From assembly GCA_012295275.1 (NCBI GenBank), contig CM022667.1, positions 11,222,001 to 11,286,000 on the forward strand: a stretch of 64,000 nt of DNA. The letters run 5' to 3'. Position 1 is the first letter of the stretch; each line of letters starts with the position of its first letter. A program made the position numbers and the translations under genes. This document shows, one piece after another, positions 23,981-47,261 of this stretch. Source of the stretch: Chrysomallon squamiferum (lineage: Eukaryota > Animalia > Mollusca). The notes under the pieces are model-generated. The model worked only from the letters and a program-made list of their open reading frames with translations. It was not told where the DNA came from and searched no databases.

Positions 23981-26164
23981 GTTCTTGATATTCAGTCCTA
24001 GAACTTAGGCACCCTGTAGATTCTTATTATGAAAAATTTAGATGATGTAAATTCACACTGGACATTTGTACACTGTTGTTCTATTTTTGCAGATTTATTA
24101 GATAAACTAAATAGTTTCACAGTCTGCATGGATCAGATGAAAACTAAATATAATTCTCTCTTGTCAGTTGCTGTCTATTAATTTGACTCTGTATTTCTGT
24201 CATATTTTCTTTCTAAGTTACAATTACAGTAGGATATTGACAAATATTTATCAGGTATTTCTTTATAATGTTAATCATGATGAAATAAATATCAGATACT
24301 TTGATGAAACGTATTCAGGAGATTTTTAGTTTGCTTTAGAAAATAAATAAATAGTAATAATAATGATGATGATGATTAAAAAAAAATACAAATGAATAAA
24401 TAGCAGCAAACAAATTTACAAAGTAAAAAGTTACCACTAACTTTAAATTTGTGAATTAAAATACATACCTGACTAATAAACTTTGAAAATATTAAAGTAG
24501 TTAAAGTAGTTGGATTTGAGAATTATCAGTTAAATTTTGTTTTTCATTTACAAGGTTTTTAATATTTTCAGTAAAAGAGCATAGACATCAATAACCAAAA
24601 ATGTTTGTTAAAATCAATAAATATTATTTTTAAACACATTTAGTGAATGTAATCCAAGTTAATTCTTTTGTTTTATTTGCTTTTTTTTAGGTTAGTTTAT
24701 TCTTATTTTATTACTTTTTTTTATCAGTGTTCATTTAATTTAATTTAAATATTTTATTGCAAATAATTAAACAGATATTGTTATTCATTCATTGTTATTT
24801 ACTTAGCTATTTATTATTTTATTTTATTTTTATTATTTTTATTACTATTTTCAGTGCTTCTTTCATGACAAAAAACTGGCTGGTAGACAACACTACTTAC
24901 AAGTATCAGATATGGGATACAGCAGGACAAGAGAAGGTAACTCCATTTATATTTGATGTTTCTCATTCAGCCTTTTGATAATTTTTAATAAAATGTTTAA
25001 CACAGCTGTGTTAAATTTTGTTTTTAAACAAAAACATTGTAAATAGAGACTTTTCTGTATATGTGAGCATAAATATACATAAATTTCCCTTTTAGTTTTA
25101 TCGTTTAACGAAAAGAAAAGAAAGAAAATTAATTTTATTACATGTGTTTGTTAAATAATGAAATGATATGGAAAATTTGTTTTGTGATAACATCTTGAAA
25201 TTATGAGCTTAACATTAAAATCATGATAAAAATAAATTTTATTTATTTATTTTGTTATTTATTTATGGAGAAAACTAATTTTTCTGACTTTTTAAAAACA
25301 TATTTTCCTTCAAGAACATAAAATATATATATATATATATATTTTTTTTTCAGTATCGAGCACTTGCACCAATGTATTATAGAGGGGCAGCTGCAGCCAT
25401 TATTGTATACGATGTCACAAGAGAGGTAACTCTTGCTTATAGAAATATTTTATTTAAAAAAATACATTTATTATAGTTTGTAAATTATATTTTTTATATT
25501 CATGTATGTACATTTTTTAAATTATAGTATGCACAAGTAAATCAGTATATTTGGATGAAAACTATTTTTTTTTTAAATTTGTATTTTATCTTTGCTCATT
25601 TGTATATTTTCTTGATATTTTAAATGTTGTTAGTATTATATTGGTATTTAGTGATAGATAGATTATATGGATGGATGGAAAGAAAATAACATGTATAGAT
25701 TTGTTTTTTGCTTACTGCTATTTAACATATATCCATATTTATTCCTGTGAATAGTCAACATGCACTTCTTTTTTTATGTTGTTGTTGTTATTTTAATTAT
25801 TATTATTATTATAACTTAATTATTATTATTATTATTGTTATTACAGACAACATTTCGTTCTGTTAAGGGGTGGGTACAGGAGCTGAGAAGACAGGGTTCA
25901 CCTAACATTGTTCTAGCTATAGCCGGTAACAAATCAGATCTTGATGATCTGAGAGAAGTTCGAACTAAAGGTAAAAATTAACGTTTTATCATAATATTAA
26001 TGTATTCTATTTCATTTACTATAATTATTATTATTTGTAGTGGTAGTAGAAGTAGGAGTAGAAATTATCATTATCATTATTATTGTTAATATGTTTTAAT
26101 TACAAATGTTTTGTAAAAAAAAAAAACTTGACTTATTAATTTTTTTTTTTTTTTTTTTTTTGAA

Positions 26165-26206
<42 letters not shown>

Positions 26207-26598
26207 TTTTTTTTTTTCAGAAGCTCAAGATTATGCTAATGACATTGGAGCTATTTTCTGTGAAACCAGTGCTTTAACAGCAGCTAATATACCAGAACTG
26301 TTTACTTCTATATGTAAGTATATATATATATATATATATATATATCATGTTAAATTTTTTGATTATATATGATAAAATGACGATTATGGATTATTTTATT
26401 AATATTGTTACTGATGTTATTATTGTTGTTATTATTATTGCTATTATTATCATCATTATTATTATTATAACCAAAGATAACTCATTTTCTGAAAAAAAAA
26501 AAAAAAAAAGATAACAAATGAAATATATAGAAAGATAATAAATACAGTTTAATATTTATAAAACAATGACTTAACTTTTATATTCTTGCCCTCTCTGA

Positions 26599-26674
<76 letters not shown>

Positions 26675-26889
26675 TTATTTCTTCTTTTTATTTAATTTTA
26701 ATTTTTTTTAATCACTATTGCTACTATTGTGATTATTATTCATTATTATTTTTATTATTAGCGAAAAGCTTGCCGCCCGAGGACTTCTCAAACACGCCAT
26801 ACAGCTCCCGCGTCAACATCAACAGTCCAGCTAATCAGAAGAAGTCACATCGAGGACGATGCTGTGGAGGCAGTGCAGCAGAAACATGA
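23377..26889 (+). CDS. RAB22A: Rab22/Rab31-family small GTPase (204 aa)
   Basis: Exons 23377-23412, 23834-23913, 24855-24936, 25354-25425, 25847-25970, 26221-26313, 26762-26889; all GT-AG and in frame. Motifs [74 protein letters not shown]-terminal RCC. TIGASF and AIAGNK fit the Rab22/31 subfamily; RAB22A and RAB31 cannot be separated. Confidence 0.92.
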
Positions 26890-27750
26890 TGACAGCTTCT
26901 GTTTATGAGCATTTACACCATCGTCTTTCAGTGATGTGCGATACTTGGGGCTTCCTCTTGTATGGTCTGATTTAAAGTTTTCATTTATTTATTTATCTTG
27001 GATATTTATTTATCTGATGGTAAATTAACAGAGTACATTTGGTATATTTCATGGTAATGCTGAACACCAACCTTTGCTGATAATTAAGTTTTATAGTTTA
27101 AGATAATTTTTTCATGTGTGTGTGGTAAATTTTCATAAAGTTTATGGAGGCTGCCATTTTGTTTCATTTTATTGCTGTTAATATAAAAAATGTAGAAAAA
27201 TGTCCTCAGTACAGATAATTTAACAATGAAAAAAGATTTTCTCAGGCTTAGAGCATTTTTTTTTTTATTTTACATTTCTTTATATGCAGTTATGTTACAA
27301 TGAAAGAAAATGTCAGTACTATCACATCATTTTAGGACTCTTATTATGATTTATTAATCACCAAATATTGTATTTTACAAAGAACAGCTAAAACTTAGAA
27401 GGTATGTGAAATGTTAACTTAGTATTGTTTTACTTACGCCATTACAGATAACTAGGAAGGCAATGGAAATAATATGGAGTGAAATAAAATTATATGTATT
27501 AAGAAAAAAATAAAATGTTATTTATATCTTTTATGTTTTAAGTTTTTGCTGGATGACATAAAGGCCCATATAATATTATAGTTTTTATTTTAATGAAAAT
27601 TAAGACTCAGAATCGTACAAGTATAATACTATTGTAAAATTTTGTATAAAGTGTTTGTAGATTTTAAATTGTACTAAAGTTACATATTCTCTATCTTGTC
27701 CAAAAAGAAAAGAATCAAAATTAAAAAAAAAATCAAAATAAAAAACAAAG

Positions 27751-27798
<48 letters not shown>

Positions 27799-29212
27799 AA
27801 AAATAATCAGTAACAATAACAATTAAATCAAACGAAAGAAAAAAGAAGATTTTAGTAGTACTAAAGTTACACTTAATTTATCTCTTAAATAGAGCATTAA
27901 AATAGTTAAATAAAAATAAGTTAAAAAAAATGAACAAACTAATAAATAAATAATAAACAGTAAGAAAAAGAAAAACGAAAAAGAAAGACACTAAAATTCA
28001 AAAAATAATACGTGCCGAAAAATCAAAAAAGAATTTTTGAAATCATTTATTTTTGTTAGATATTTTTATTTATTTTTTAACAACTTTCTCATAGGGCTAG
28101 AGTATGAAAGTTAAATTCACTATTACAGTACTTCCCATGTTTTATAAATATTAAATTGTATTTATTCACTTTCTAAATTTTTGTTTGTAATCTTTTTTTA
28201 TTTATTTATTGTTTTCTTCTTTGTATGTGTTATCTATGTATGTTATGCCTACAAATAAATATTTTTATTTATAGAATAAACTTTATTCAGATTTGCTGCA
28301 TTATTTACAAATATGACAATAAAATGCATTTCTGCCATTTCGTAACAAGTACATTGTAGATTGAAACTTGATTATTATATTTTAAAAATGTCTCATAAGT
28401 AATGTAATTATTTAATATTTTAACTTGATGTTTGAAATTTTGTTATAGATTTATTTACTGGTGTTATTTTCTTTGAATTCTTTGTTTATTGTTGTTATTA
28501 TTATTATTAAATATTAGTAGCTGTTATTTGTGTAAAAGTAATTATGTTGAAATTAGAAACTTACTTTGGGAAATTTTCTTTTTTAAAAGAAATAAGAAAC
28601 AACAAATGACAGAGAATTTATTTATATTTATGTTAATGTTAATAAGAAATAAATACAACTTAGCAAATTGTTAATATTTATCTTTCATCTTTGTGTGGAA
28701 TCTTTAGCTTACAGAAATAGTTAAAGACATAACACTGTTTCCTGTGGGTTGTTTCCCATTCTAGAAGAAGCTCTACATTTGATGCACTAAAGGCTGAACT
28801 GTACATTAAAAGATATCTTGCTGCTAGATAAAAGTAAACCTATGCTTTTCTCCACTGATACAGGAATCAGTGTTCTTGGTCTACTTTATACTGTAAATAT
28901 TAAAGTATAGGAAAATATTATAAATTTGTTCATAGTAATTGATTACATTTCTTAACTGTCATGTTTAAAACTTACTGATCTCAACATTGCTCTGTTAATT
29001 ACAGTGGATTAGTAAATACTATTCACGCGGAAGTGTATGCTCAGCAGCTACTTTCTTCTTGCTGATGTGTAAAACATTCTCATTTCATTCCCTTCAGTTC
29101 AGTTATCTTCCCTTATATTCCTTCTTTTTACTTCCTGTTTTCCTATCTTTTCACAATTGGACCTTATGAGAAAAAAAAATATATATATATAATAAATAAT
29201 TTTGTTATCCAT

Positions 29213-29251
<39 letters not shown>

Positions 29252-30211
29252 TTGTTATTATTATTTTATTTTTATTATTATTAATATTTTTTTTTTTTTT
29301 TTTGTTTGTTTGTTTGTTTGTTGTTGTTACTGTTTTGTTGTTTATATTATTGTATGAAGATATGTTATTATTTATCTTATTGATAAAGAACTATTCCAGA
29401 GACTCATCTGTTTATCTATATACCATAACACCTCTACAGACACCTAATTTTTGACATACTTTTGTTGTCTTATGTAGAAACAGTCAGTTGTTATTGTTTA
29501 TTGTTAATGTAAGGTATGGTGTAAATTACTTTACAAGTTTGTTTAATTATACAATTATCCTAGAGTTATATTTAGTCAATTAATTTGTTTTATTTTCTTT
29601 AAATTTAATGATTTTATGGTTTCAAGTTTTTGTTTGTTTGTTGATTTATTTGTTCGTAATTTATTATTTTGTGTTTGGCATATGAAATGTATACTTTATT
29701 TTATAAAGAGCATTTGTTTTTGTTATTTTGGAGAGGTTTTTTTGTTTTTTTTTTTTTTTTACTTGCATTGAGTATTGTGAAATTGTTCTTTGTTTTTTTA
29801 AATCATATTTTATATATATTTTTTCTTTTTATCTTTTTTTTTTTTTTTACTATTATATTTTTCCTGTTTTCTAGTCTTCTTTTTCTTATTTATTTTATTT
29901 TATTTTTTATTATTATTTCTTAAATTTAATGTTATTATTTTTTCTGAAGTATAATCAAATTAAAACACCATGTACTTAAATATAATTAGTATTAAAGTTT
30001 GTTGCTTAGCAACAGTTCTTATTTTTATGTTTCCAATAAATTTATAGCAAAACTCTTTTGATTTATTTTAATATGCAGAGTTCTTTATGCAAACTATTTT
30101 TTAATTGTACATGTGTATTTTGATTTGTATTTTGTATATCTGATTGATATATGGTAAAAGGGAAATTATTTTATTACGTTTTACTTTGTTTAATAATAAA
30201 AATTGATGATG

Positions 30212-30243
<32 letters not shown>

Positions 30244-32596
30244 TAGTAAACACAAAGAGAAAAAATAACAAATGTTAGCACTGCCATAATTAATTTTAAA
30301 TTATAAATTATTATGATTATTATTATTAAAATATTTTTGGTTGATATTGCTCCTATATTATTACTACTAGTAGTGCTTGTAATTATTTTTTTTCCCTCAA
30401 CAGATTAAATACATGAAATATATATTTTATTATTATTATTATTATTATTCATTCATATATTCTTGTCATTCTTTACTTCATTCATTATACATTTAGACAG
30501 AAAAATGTTTCAAAAAAGGTTGTGATTGAAATTTAGATACTTGACCAAGGGAAATATGTGTGTGTGTGAACCAAAAAAAAAAATCAAAAAAAAAAGGAAA
30601 ATACACATACATACATACATACATAATTTTTTTTGAATAAATAATAATATCAGACATAATCAAATTTGACAAAAGGCATTTACTAAACCTTTTTCTTTTA
30701 CTTATTTAATGAGACTCTTCTGGTAGATCAGGATTTAGAGTGGTCATTTCAAACATGCTTGGTCACTAGTGTGTCTCCACTGGGTATTATCCCATTCCAA
30801 ACAGCATTGGTAATCAATTTAATCAAGACCATTTTGTAAAATCCTTTTCTGTCAAGAAAAGTGTTCATATTTTCCTCATACCATATATATTTCTAATGAC
30901 TGTTAATAGTTACATAGTTTTGAAACAATATTTATTCATTTGTTATTTATTTATTTATTTTTATTTACTAATATTATTAATTTAAAAAAAAAATGTATTA
31001 TGTTTTAATATTTACTGATTTTTAAAATTTACTTTAATAATAATACTACTACTACTACTACTACTACTACTACAATTACTGTTACTACTACTAGTACTAC
31101 TAAAACTACTTCTTATTTATTTATTTATATCTCAGTCAGAAAGAAAGGAAACATTTATGTGGAGGGCTTTTTTTTTAATTTATTTATTTATTTTATTATT
31201 TTAATTTTTAAAAAAATTTTGTTTGATGCTGGTGAACTATTTATTTCTGTCAGAATTTTTAACAGAAAACAATAAAGTTAAAATACACAGATACACTGAA
31301 GTTGTATATTTACACTACTTGGGTCTTGTTTTCTTTATTAAAACGTATTGTTAATATTTCATGTTATTTATATAGTTATGCTTTCTTCTTTTGTTTTCTG
31401 AATGTACATATTCTTTATTTGTTTCACAAATAAAGTAGAAATATTTGTTATTAGTATATATTTTACTCATGGTATAAAGAGAAGGAAAATAAAAGAAATA
31501 TGGGGTTTTATTTTATATTTTAAATAACAAAAAATGAAAAAAAAAAAGAATATTCCTTTTAATGTTCTGCGAAGAAAAGAAAAATATTTAGAAATAAAAT
31601 CAGATGAAGAAATTGTAATTCTCTTTTTATTTTGTTAATGAAATGCCTCAAGTCTGAAAGGACATGAGATCAATCCCTCAAGGTCATGTTTTTTTGTTTT
31701 GACCTGTATCAAATGTCTCTGCTTTCCCCACTTATGGAAAGGTTTCTGAAAGAAACTAACTTCTTGGTAATTTAGGTAGGAGTAATACATGCAAAGACAA
31801 AAATGGATTTTCTTTCTTATATAATCACTGTACAATTTTCTATCTTTGTTATGAAAAAATAAATACAAGTGAATTATTCATTTATTTATTTAATAACAAC
31901 AAGAACAAAGTTCCAGTATATATTTTCCTTTATTTTCATTGAAGTATATCTATTATACACATTCAGATATTTACATTAAAATTATCATATTAAATATTTA
32001 CATCACTGGAATGTTAATAATAATATATAAGAAGAAAATAAGTTTATTAAAGATATTGGTATTCTTAAAATAAATGAATAATAATAATAATAATAATAGT
32101 AATAACATAAAATGTATACCTACAATGGAAGAAAAAATAAGTGTAAATAAAAAAAAAAAAAAAAAAAAATAAAAAAATAAAGGTGATAAAAAAAAAAATA
32201 AAAAACTTGAACACAATGTACCAAAGGACAAACACAGATAAATATAAAAATAACCGTTACTCCATTTATCAAAACAATAATCTGGTAAATATATGAATTA
32301 ATTGTATATTAGTAATATTACATTTCATTGTTTCAGTAAATGAAATAAATAAATATTTCTTTTTTAATGGACAAAACATTTTACTTAGTGTGTGCGATTG
32401 TGTCACATAATGAGAACCGACCCTAACTTTATAATTAATGAAAAGTTATGTCCAAATGTTAACGACTGATACTCATCTTTTTTCTCACCTCGTAGCGAAT
32501 GAGTAACGCATGCTAAAAACAGTTATGTCCCTTTTTCGTCTGTGACGCCATGATGGGTATTTCGACCTTTGTAGATCGCGAGTTTTATTTTATTGG

Positions 32597-40917
<8,321 letters not shown>

Positions 40918-40990
40918 TATTATCACATTTCAAACTTTAACAAAACCAGTCTACCAGAAAAATCAAAACACTCGCTATCAACGCCTTCCA

Positions 40991-41000
40991 CAAGATGGCG
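40991..41000 (+). promoter_or_regulatory. YY1-like motif in the region between the divergently oriented DOK-like and MARVEL genes
   Basis: CAAGATGGCG, ~75 bp upstream of the DOK-like ATG. Motif match only. Confidence 0.4.
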
Positions 41001-43569
41001 CTAATAGGATAACACTTTTTTTTTTTTTTCAGATCGGACGCGTGTTTAAACGGTAACTCCAGTAATTAATACTGAGAGGCACAGAAAGAGAGCGAGTTTT
41101 GTATCGACTACATTTATCTCCGGTTTACTGGGACAAATCTGATACGAACGACGGCAAAGTCCACGGTACATCAACAGACTCGTGAAACTGTAGCTGAGAG
41201 ATTTAGTTTCACTGACGGACTTGCATACGTCTGTCAGTAGTTTACCCGTTATGTATTGTACGCACGTGGCGTTTTATGTTACTCATGTATCGTTGATAAT
41301 TATTAAAGTTAATGCGTCAGACATGAAGCTATGTACGATAGATGTGTTCCTGATATCTTGATTTTTTTTGTTTTTTTTGTTGTTGTTTTTTTAAATTATT
41401 TTAGTTGTTATTGTTTTTAATGGTTATTATTGTTAGAAGTAGTATTATTAGTAGTATTCCTGTTGTCGTTGTTGTTGCTGTTATTGTTGTCATCGTAGAA
41501 AGGTAAGAAAATAATACCGACGATGATCATATGACAACAATATCAGCAACAACAACGACAACGGATACAGTACTAAAACTACTACTACTATATAAAGATA
41601 AAATAAAATAAAAAATAAAGAAAGAAAGATATGATTTATTTGATATTTCATTTGTAGTTTGGTATTTTTACTATATTTAAGAAAAGAAAATAACAATAAA
41701 TAAATAAACAAATATATATATATATATGTAGTGTATTATCGGTGTAGCCATATAACACGTTCTCTTAATATTAGATAATTTTTAAATCTGTTTCTTTTTG
41801 AACTTGGCTCAGTAGACTTCGTATTAAAAGTTTAATTTTAAATACATGAATTAAAACTAAACTAAAATAAACAAACAAATAAATACATAAACACAAAAAA
41901 AAAAAAAAAAAAAAAATAGAGAAACAAATAAATAAACGAACAACCAAATAAAATAAATAAAAAAACGTAAAAAATATAATAAAATATAATAAAATCGGTA
42001 TTTAAACCAAAAAAAAAAAAAAAGGACAAAAACAGAAGCATGAAAAAATAAACAAAAAAAACCCCACATAAATACAAAACAGAATAATAAAAAATGTGCA
42101 TTATCGATTAGTATTAAAGCAGTAAACGACATCTATTCAAACAACACGCTTAAAATAAACAATATATCTTTCACAGCCTCTTGTTCGCTCGGAAAAATAA
42201 CTAGGTCACACTATCCTGTGACGGGGAGTAACGAAAACGACAAAATATATTCCCGAAGAAAAGGAGGCGTATCTCAAAGGTATTTTTAACATAAAACATC
42301 ATATTCTTACGGCGGTCATTGTGTAACTGTAATATATATATATATATATATCTATCTTTCATAATGAATGTATGTAGTAATATTTTACCGTACTTAGGAG
42401 CGATTTATTTGTGTGAAGGCTTACTTAAGTTATCGTTATTATTGTTATTATCGCTTTGAAGATATCAGAGGGCATTAATCGTTTGTTGTCCAGTATATAG
42501 CTGTGTTGTGTTTTACAATAAATATAATAACTATGTAGATATGTACGTAAAGCCGTTATGTTCGTCTGTGTTTCAAACACATAAACTCACTGACGATGTG
42601 TTTTGTATTAGCCTCGAGAAAACGTGGCTGTGGTATTTGATACTATACAAATAATGAAACAAATTATAATGTTGTTGTATACGTATCTACGTAGGCTAGA
42701 TTATTTTGTTGTAGTAGTAGTAGTAGTATCAGTAATATACGTTCATGTTATTTATGGTTTTTTATTTTATTTTTATTTGTTTTTGTTGTTGCTATTATTG
42801 TTATTATTAGTGATAGTAGTAGTTGTTGTAGTAGCAGTAGTAGTAGTAGCATCAGTAATATACTTTCATGTTGTTATTGATGTTCATTATTTTTAGTTGT
42901 TGCTATTATTGTTATTATTAGTAATTGTAGTAGTTGTTGTAGTAGTAGTAGTAGTAATAGTAGCATCAGTAATATCATGCTATTTATGTTTATTATATTT
43001 AGTTGTCGTTGTTGCTATTATTTTTATTAGTAGTAGTAGCAGCAGTAGCAGAAGCAGTAGTGGTAGTAGTTGTAGTATAATAAGAATAGTAGTAACAGTA
43101 GAAGCAGTAGTAGTAGTAGTAGCATCAGTAATATACTTTCAAGTTGTTATTTATGTTTATTATTTTTTTAGTTGTTGCTATTTTTTATTATTATTATTAG
43201 TAGTATCAGTAGCAGAAGTAGTAGTGGTAGTAGTTGTAGTATAATAAGAATAGTAGTAAAAGTACTAGTAGCAATGGTAGTGGTAGCAGTAGTAGTTGCA
43301 ATGGTAGTGGTAGCAGTAGTAGTTGCAATAGTAGTAGTATTAGTAGTAAGAGTAGTAGTGGTTCTGGAAGCAATAGTAGTGGTAGTAGTGCTGTTGTTGT
43401 AGTATTATCATATTTATTAGTAGTCGTAGTCGTCGTAGCTGCTATTCTAATTTTTAAAATAATTATTACACTAAATAACATTTGTACAAATAATAATCAA
43501 AACGTTCTTTTTGTCTTTATCTTTATAATGGTCGTCTTTACCTCTTTTTATTCTTAGGCTTCTTCTTCA

Positions 43570-43604
<35 letters not shown>

Positions 43605-43635
43605 TGTTTTTGTTTTTTCACATCAGCATATAGTT

Positions 43636-43816
43636 ATGACGGATGCAGAAGTTAGCGAAGAAAAAGTCAGTGGTAGCGACAAAGATAACGTGATTCCATT
43701 AAAATTCGGCCTCGTTATTGATGTAGGGTTCGCTAAGAGTATTGAAGGAATTTTACTGGCGTTAATAGCCGTACGTACATTTCAGTTAGCGTATATGTGT
43801 GTGTGTGTGTGCGTGC

Positions 43817-43884
<68 letters not shown>

Positions 43885-44403
43885 AAAGAAAGAGAGATCC
43901 ATATTCTTTCTTTTAATCATTCATTTATTCTTCCTTCTTTTAATCATTCATTTATTCTTCTTTCTTTCGCTCATTCATTCATTCATTCCCTCTTTATTTT
44001 TTCTTCTGTCTTCCAGGTTTTATCATTTATAGCATTTTGCTGCGTGGCGTCAGCTAGGATTGAATATTGTGACAAACATTTCGGTGGAAGCACGTACAAC
44101 TTCTTCGAATTCGTGTCCATCTCGTGTTTCATCGCTTTTACCATCTTATATGTGCTGTATCTTACCACACTTCACACCAAACTTTTCTTCCAGATGATAC
44201 CTTGGTTACTGATAGTAAGTGTGTGTAGCCGTATCAGTCATATTAATTTTAGAACGGTTCCGCTTGTAACGACATTGTCACAGAATTAGAAAGATTAGGC
44301 GAATCAGTCGTTGTAATGATAGTTGCAATGTATGAAAAAGAATAATTATATATATATATATATAAATATAAATATATAGTGTTTAGTATCAGTTTTAGAG
44401 TAA

Positions 44404-44449
<46 letters not shown>

Positions 44450-44741
44450 CATATATATATATATATATAAAATACTATTATTCTAAAAAAATACTATGAT
44501 TGTTTGTAATTTCTTTCTTTCTATCTTTATATTTTTTTATTTATTTTATATTATTTTATTTATTTTGTTGTTCTTTGTTTGAATTTTTGTTTGTTTATAT
44601 TTGTTTGTTTATTTATTTATTTGTTTGTTTGTTTATCAGGACCTCGGTTCGTGTGGTGTCTATGTGGTACTGTACTTCATCTCATCAATCGTGTTAGCTA
44701 CCAAAACTTGTTATGACAGTGGAAATAGAGCTGGAGCGGTG

Positions 44742-44830
<89 letters not shown>

Positions 44831-45206
44831 CATCATCATTAATATTATAATTGTTGTTGTTGATGTTGTTGTTATATTGTTATTGTTATTATTATCGTTA
44901 TCATCATCATCGTTATTATTATCATTGTTGTTGTTGTTGTGGTTATTAATGTTATCATCATCACCATCATCAGCTTCATTCTCATCTAACAGTAACTCGA
45001 AATTCAGTTCATAATCATTGTAAAGATAAATTATTATTTATTAATTTTATTTATTTATTTATTTATTCGAGGCTTTCGGCTTCTTCGCGATGTTCGCAAT
45101 TTGTGGAAAGGGATATTTTTCATTTCGAACCTGGTGGGACGCAAGACAAGGAGCAGGCAAGGACGCGAGATCGATAGAACCAGACTATGATCCGGATAAA
45201 TACTGA
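43636..45206 (+). CDS. MARVEL-domain four-TM protein (CMTM/plasmolipin-like, 188 aa)
   Basis: Exons 43636-43770, 44017-44214, 44640-44738, 45072-45206; all phase 0. FAKSIEGILLALIAVLSFIAFCCV...NFFEFVSISCF...IPWLLIDL...YFISSIVLA...AGAAFGFFAM are typical MARVEL helices. The last acceptor is GAG. Confidence 0.88.
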
Positions 45207-45814
45207 CTACAGTCTTCCACTTCCGAACGTGCCTGTCGCCATTGATGGGAGGCAACTCTGACTTTCTGGATTTTTAATAACTGTTATTTAAATGTGTTCT
45301 CACAGTCATAATAATATCATTGAGTTTTTATTGTTATTGTTGTGTTATTTATTAATTTATTTATTTATTTATTTTTATTTATTTATTTATTTATTTGTCG
45401 AAGTTACGTGATTAACATCCGGTTTAATACCCGCACGCACCCACCCATTTTCTCTCATCGTTATCTTTTCCCTTTTTTTCATGAGCCTTTCGCATGTCGC
45501 TGTTTTTCGGAAAAAAAAAATACCAACAACAAAAAACAAACAAAAACAAAACAACAACAAAAAAAAAAAAAAAAAAAAAAAATTAATGTATTAATACTTT
45601 ACCGTACTTAGAAACGATTTATTTATTTTAAGGCTTACTTAAGTTACGTTTTTACTGCTATCATAGCTTCATGATTAGAGGGCTTTACAGTTTGTTGCCC
45701 ATTATGTATCTGTGACATTTGTATTTTATAATAATTACATATATATATATATACTTCTGCTGCTACTACTAATACCACCATAACTACTAGATATATTATT
45801 ACTGCTGCTACTAC

Positions 45815-45850
<36 letters not shown>

Positions 45851-46359
45851 TTCTGATATATTAAAACGCGAGTTTAACTATGACGTGACGTTGATATTCC
45901 ATAAGTAAACTACAAATGACGACAGTATTCTGTGAGTAAGAGAAAACGTAACGTTCCGAGGATTCCTTGACTGAAGCTAAGGTTTCGTTTGTTCTGTAAG
46001 TAAAACTAATAGGGTATTGCTTATTCTATGAAAAGTTTACCAATAAACTAGGATGATATTTCGTATTTCTTGAATGTTTTGTAAGTTGCTCTAAAACGGT
46101 TTTGCGTATTCTTTGAATATTTTTTTTTTTGGACCTTAACATGGGGTTGTGAATACTTTGAGTAAAATAAATCTTCATACAGAGGCTCCGCAGATAATTC
46201 TCAACAATATGTTAAAAACCGAACGTTGAAATGGCTTTATTTAGTTTGCGACTTAATACTGAAAGTTAACGTTCAAATGATATTATTTTGCAAGTTACAT
46301 TTGAAATGGAATTACTCATTTTGCGAGTCTACGTTAAAATGTCTTTAACCATTCTTAAA

Positions 46360-46770
46360 GATAAAGTCGAAACGTCTTCACAGTCTAAAAGTTAACGTTG
46401 AAATGTCTTCAGTCGTTCTAAAAGTTAACGTTGAAACGTCTTTAATCGTTCTAAAAGTTAACGTTGAAACGTCTTCAGTCATTCTAAAAGTTAACGCTGA
46501 AATGTCTTTAATCGTTCTAAAAGTTAACGCTGAAACGTTTTTAATCGTTCTAAACGTTAACGTAACGTCTTTAATCGTTCTAAAAGTTAACGCTGAAACG
46601 TTTTTAATCGTTCTAAAAGTTAACGCTGAAACGTTTTCAATCGTTCTAAACGTTAACGCTGTAACGTCTTTAATCGTTCATAAAAGTTAACGCTGAAACG
46701 TTTTTAATCGTTCTAAATGTTAACATTGAAACGTCTGTAATCGTTCTGAAAGTTAACGTTGAAACGTTTT
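46360..46770. repeat. 33-bp minisatellite, ~12 copies (degenerate copies back to ~46210)
   Basis: Unit TTCTAAAAGTTAACG(T/C)TGAAACGT(C/T)TTTAATCG, head to tail with no unique spacers; begins immediately after the stop codon of the kringle gene. Confidence 0.9.
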
Positions 46771-46773
46771 TGG

Positions 46774-47065
46774 TTATTGTGTAATCGTTGAGGTAATTTC
46801 TTTCGACTCCGATGAGCACTGTGATGAGGAGCACTTTTCTCCTTTTTGTTTACGAATGTTAGAACTTATCTCATCGACGGTTTCCATGCTCTTTTTCGAT
46901 GTCACCGTGATCCCCCAAGGTCGGTTTTTTCGTATGCATGCCAGAACCTTCTTCGGCGGCGTTATGGCGTGAATGGTGTACACTCGGTGTAAAGCCATCA
47001 CGTCGTCGTCGAGTTTATTTTGTTCAATAGTGTGTTCGTTTCTGTCGTGAATGAAACAATGAGAT

Positions 47066-47100
<35 letters not shown>

Positions 47101-47170
47101 TCATATGACGCATTTAATCACAAGTTAAAACGAGCTAAAAACATATACATATATATCTACGTACACAAAG

Positions 47171-47261
<91 letters not shown>

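Noticed and set aside
26890-32590. Possible hidden gene between the convergent Rab22 and DOK-like genes
   Set aside because: Very AT-rich with no credible exons; consistent with long 3' UTRs and intergenic DNA.
46360-46770. CRISPR array, or a 95-aa repeat protein (ORF 46403-46690)
   Set aside because: Units are contiguous with no unique spacers, there are no cas genes and the context is eukaryotic. The ORF follows from a stop-free unit whose length is a multiple of three.
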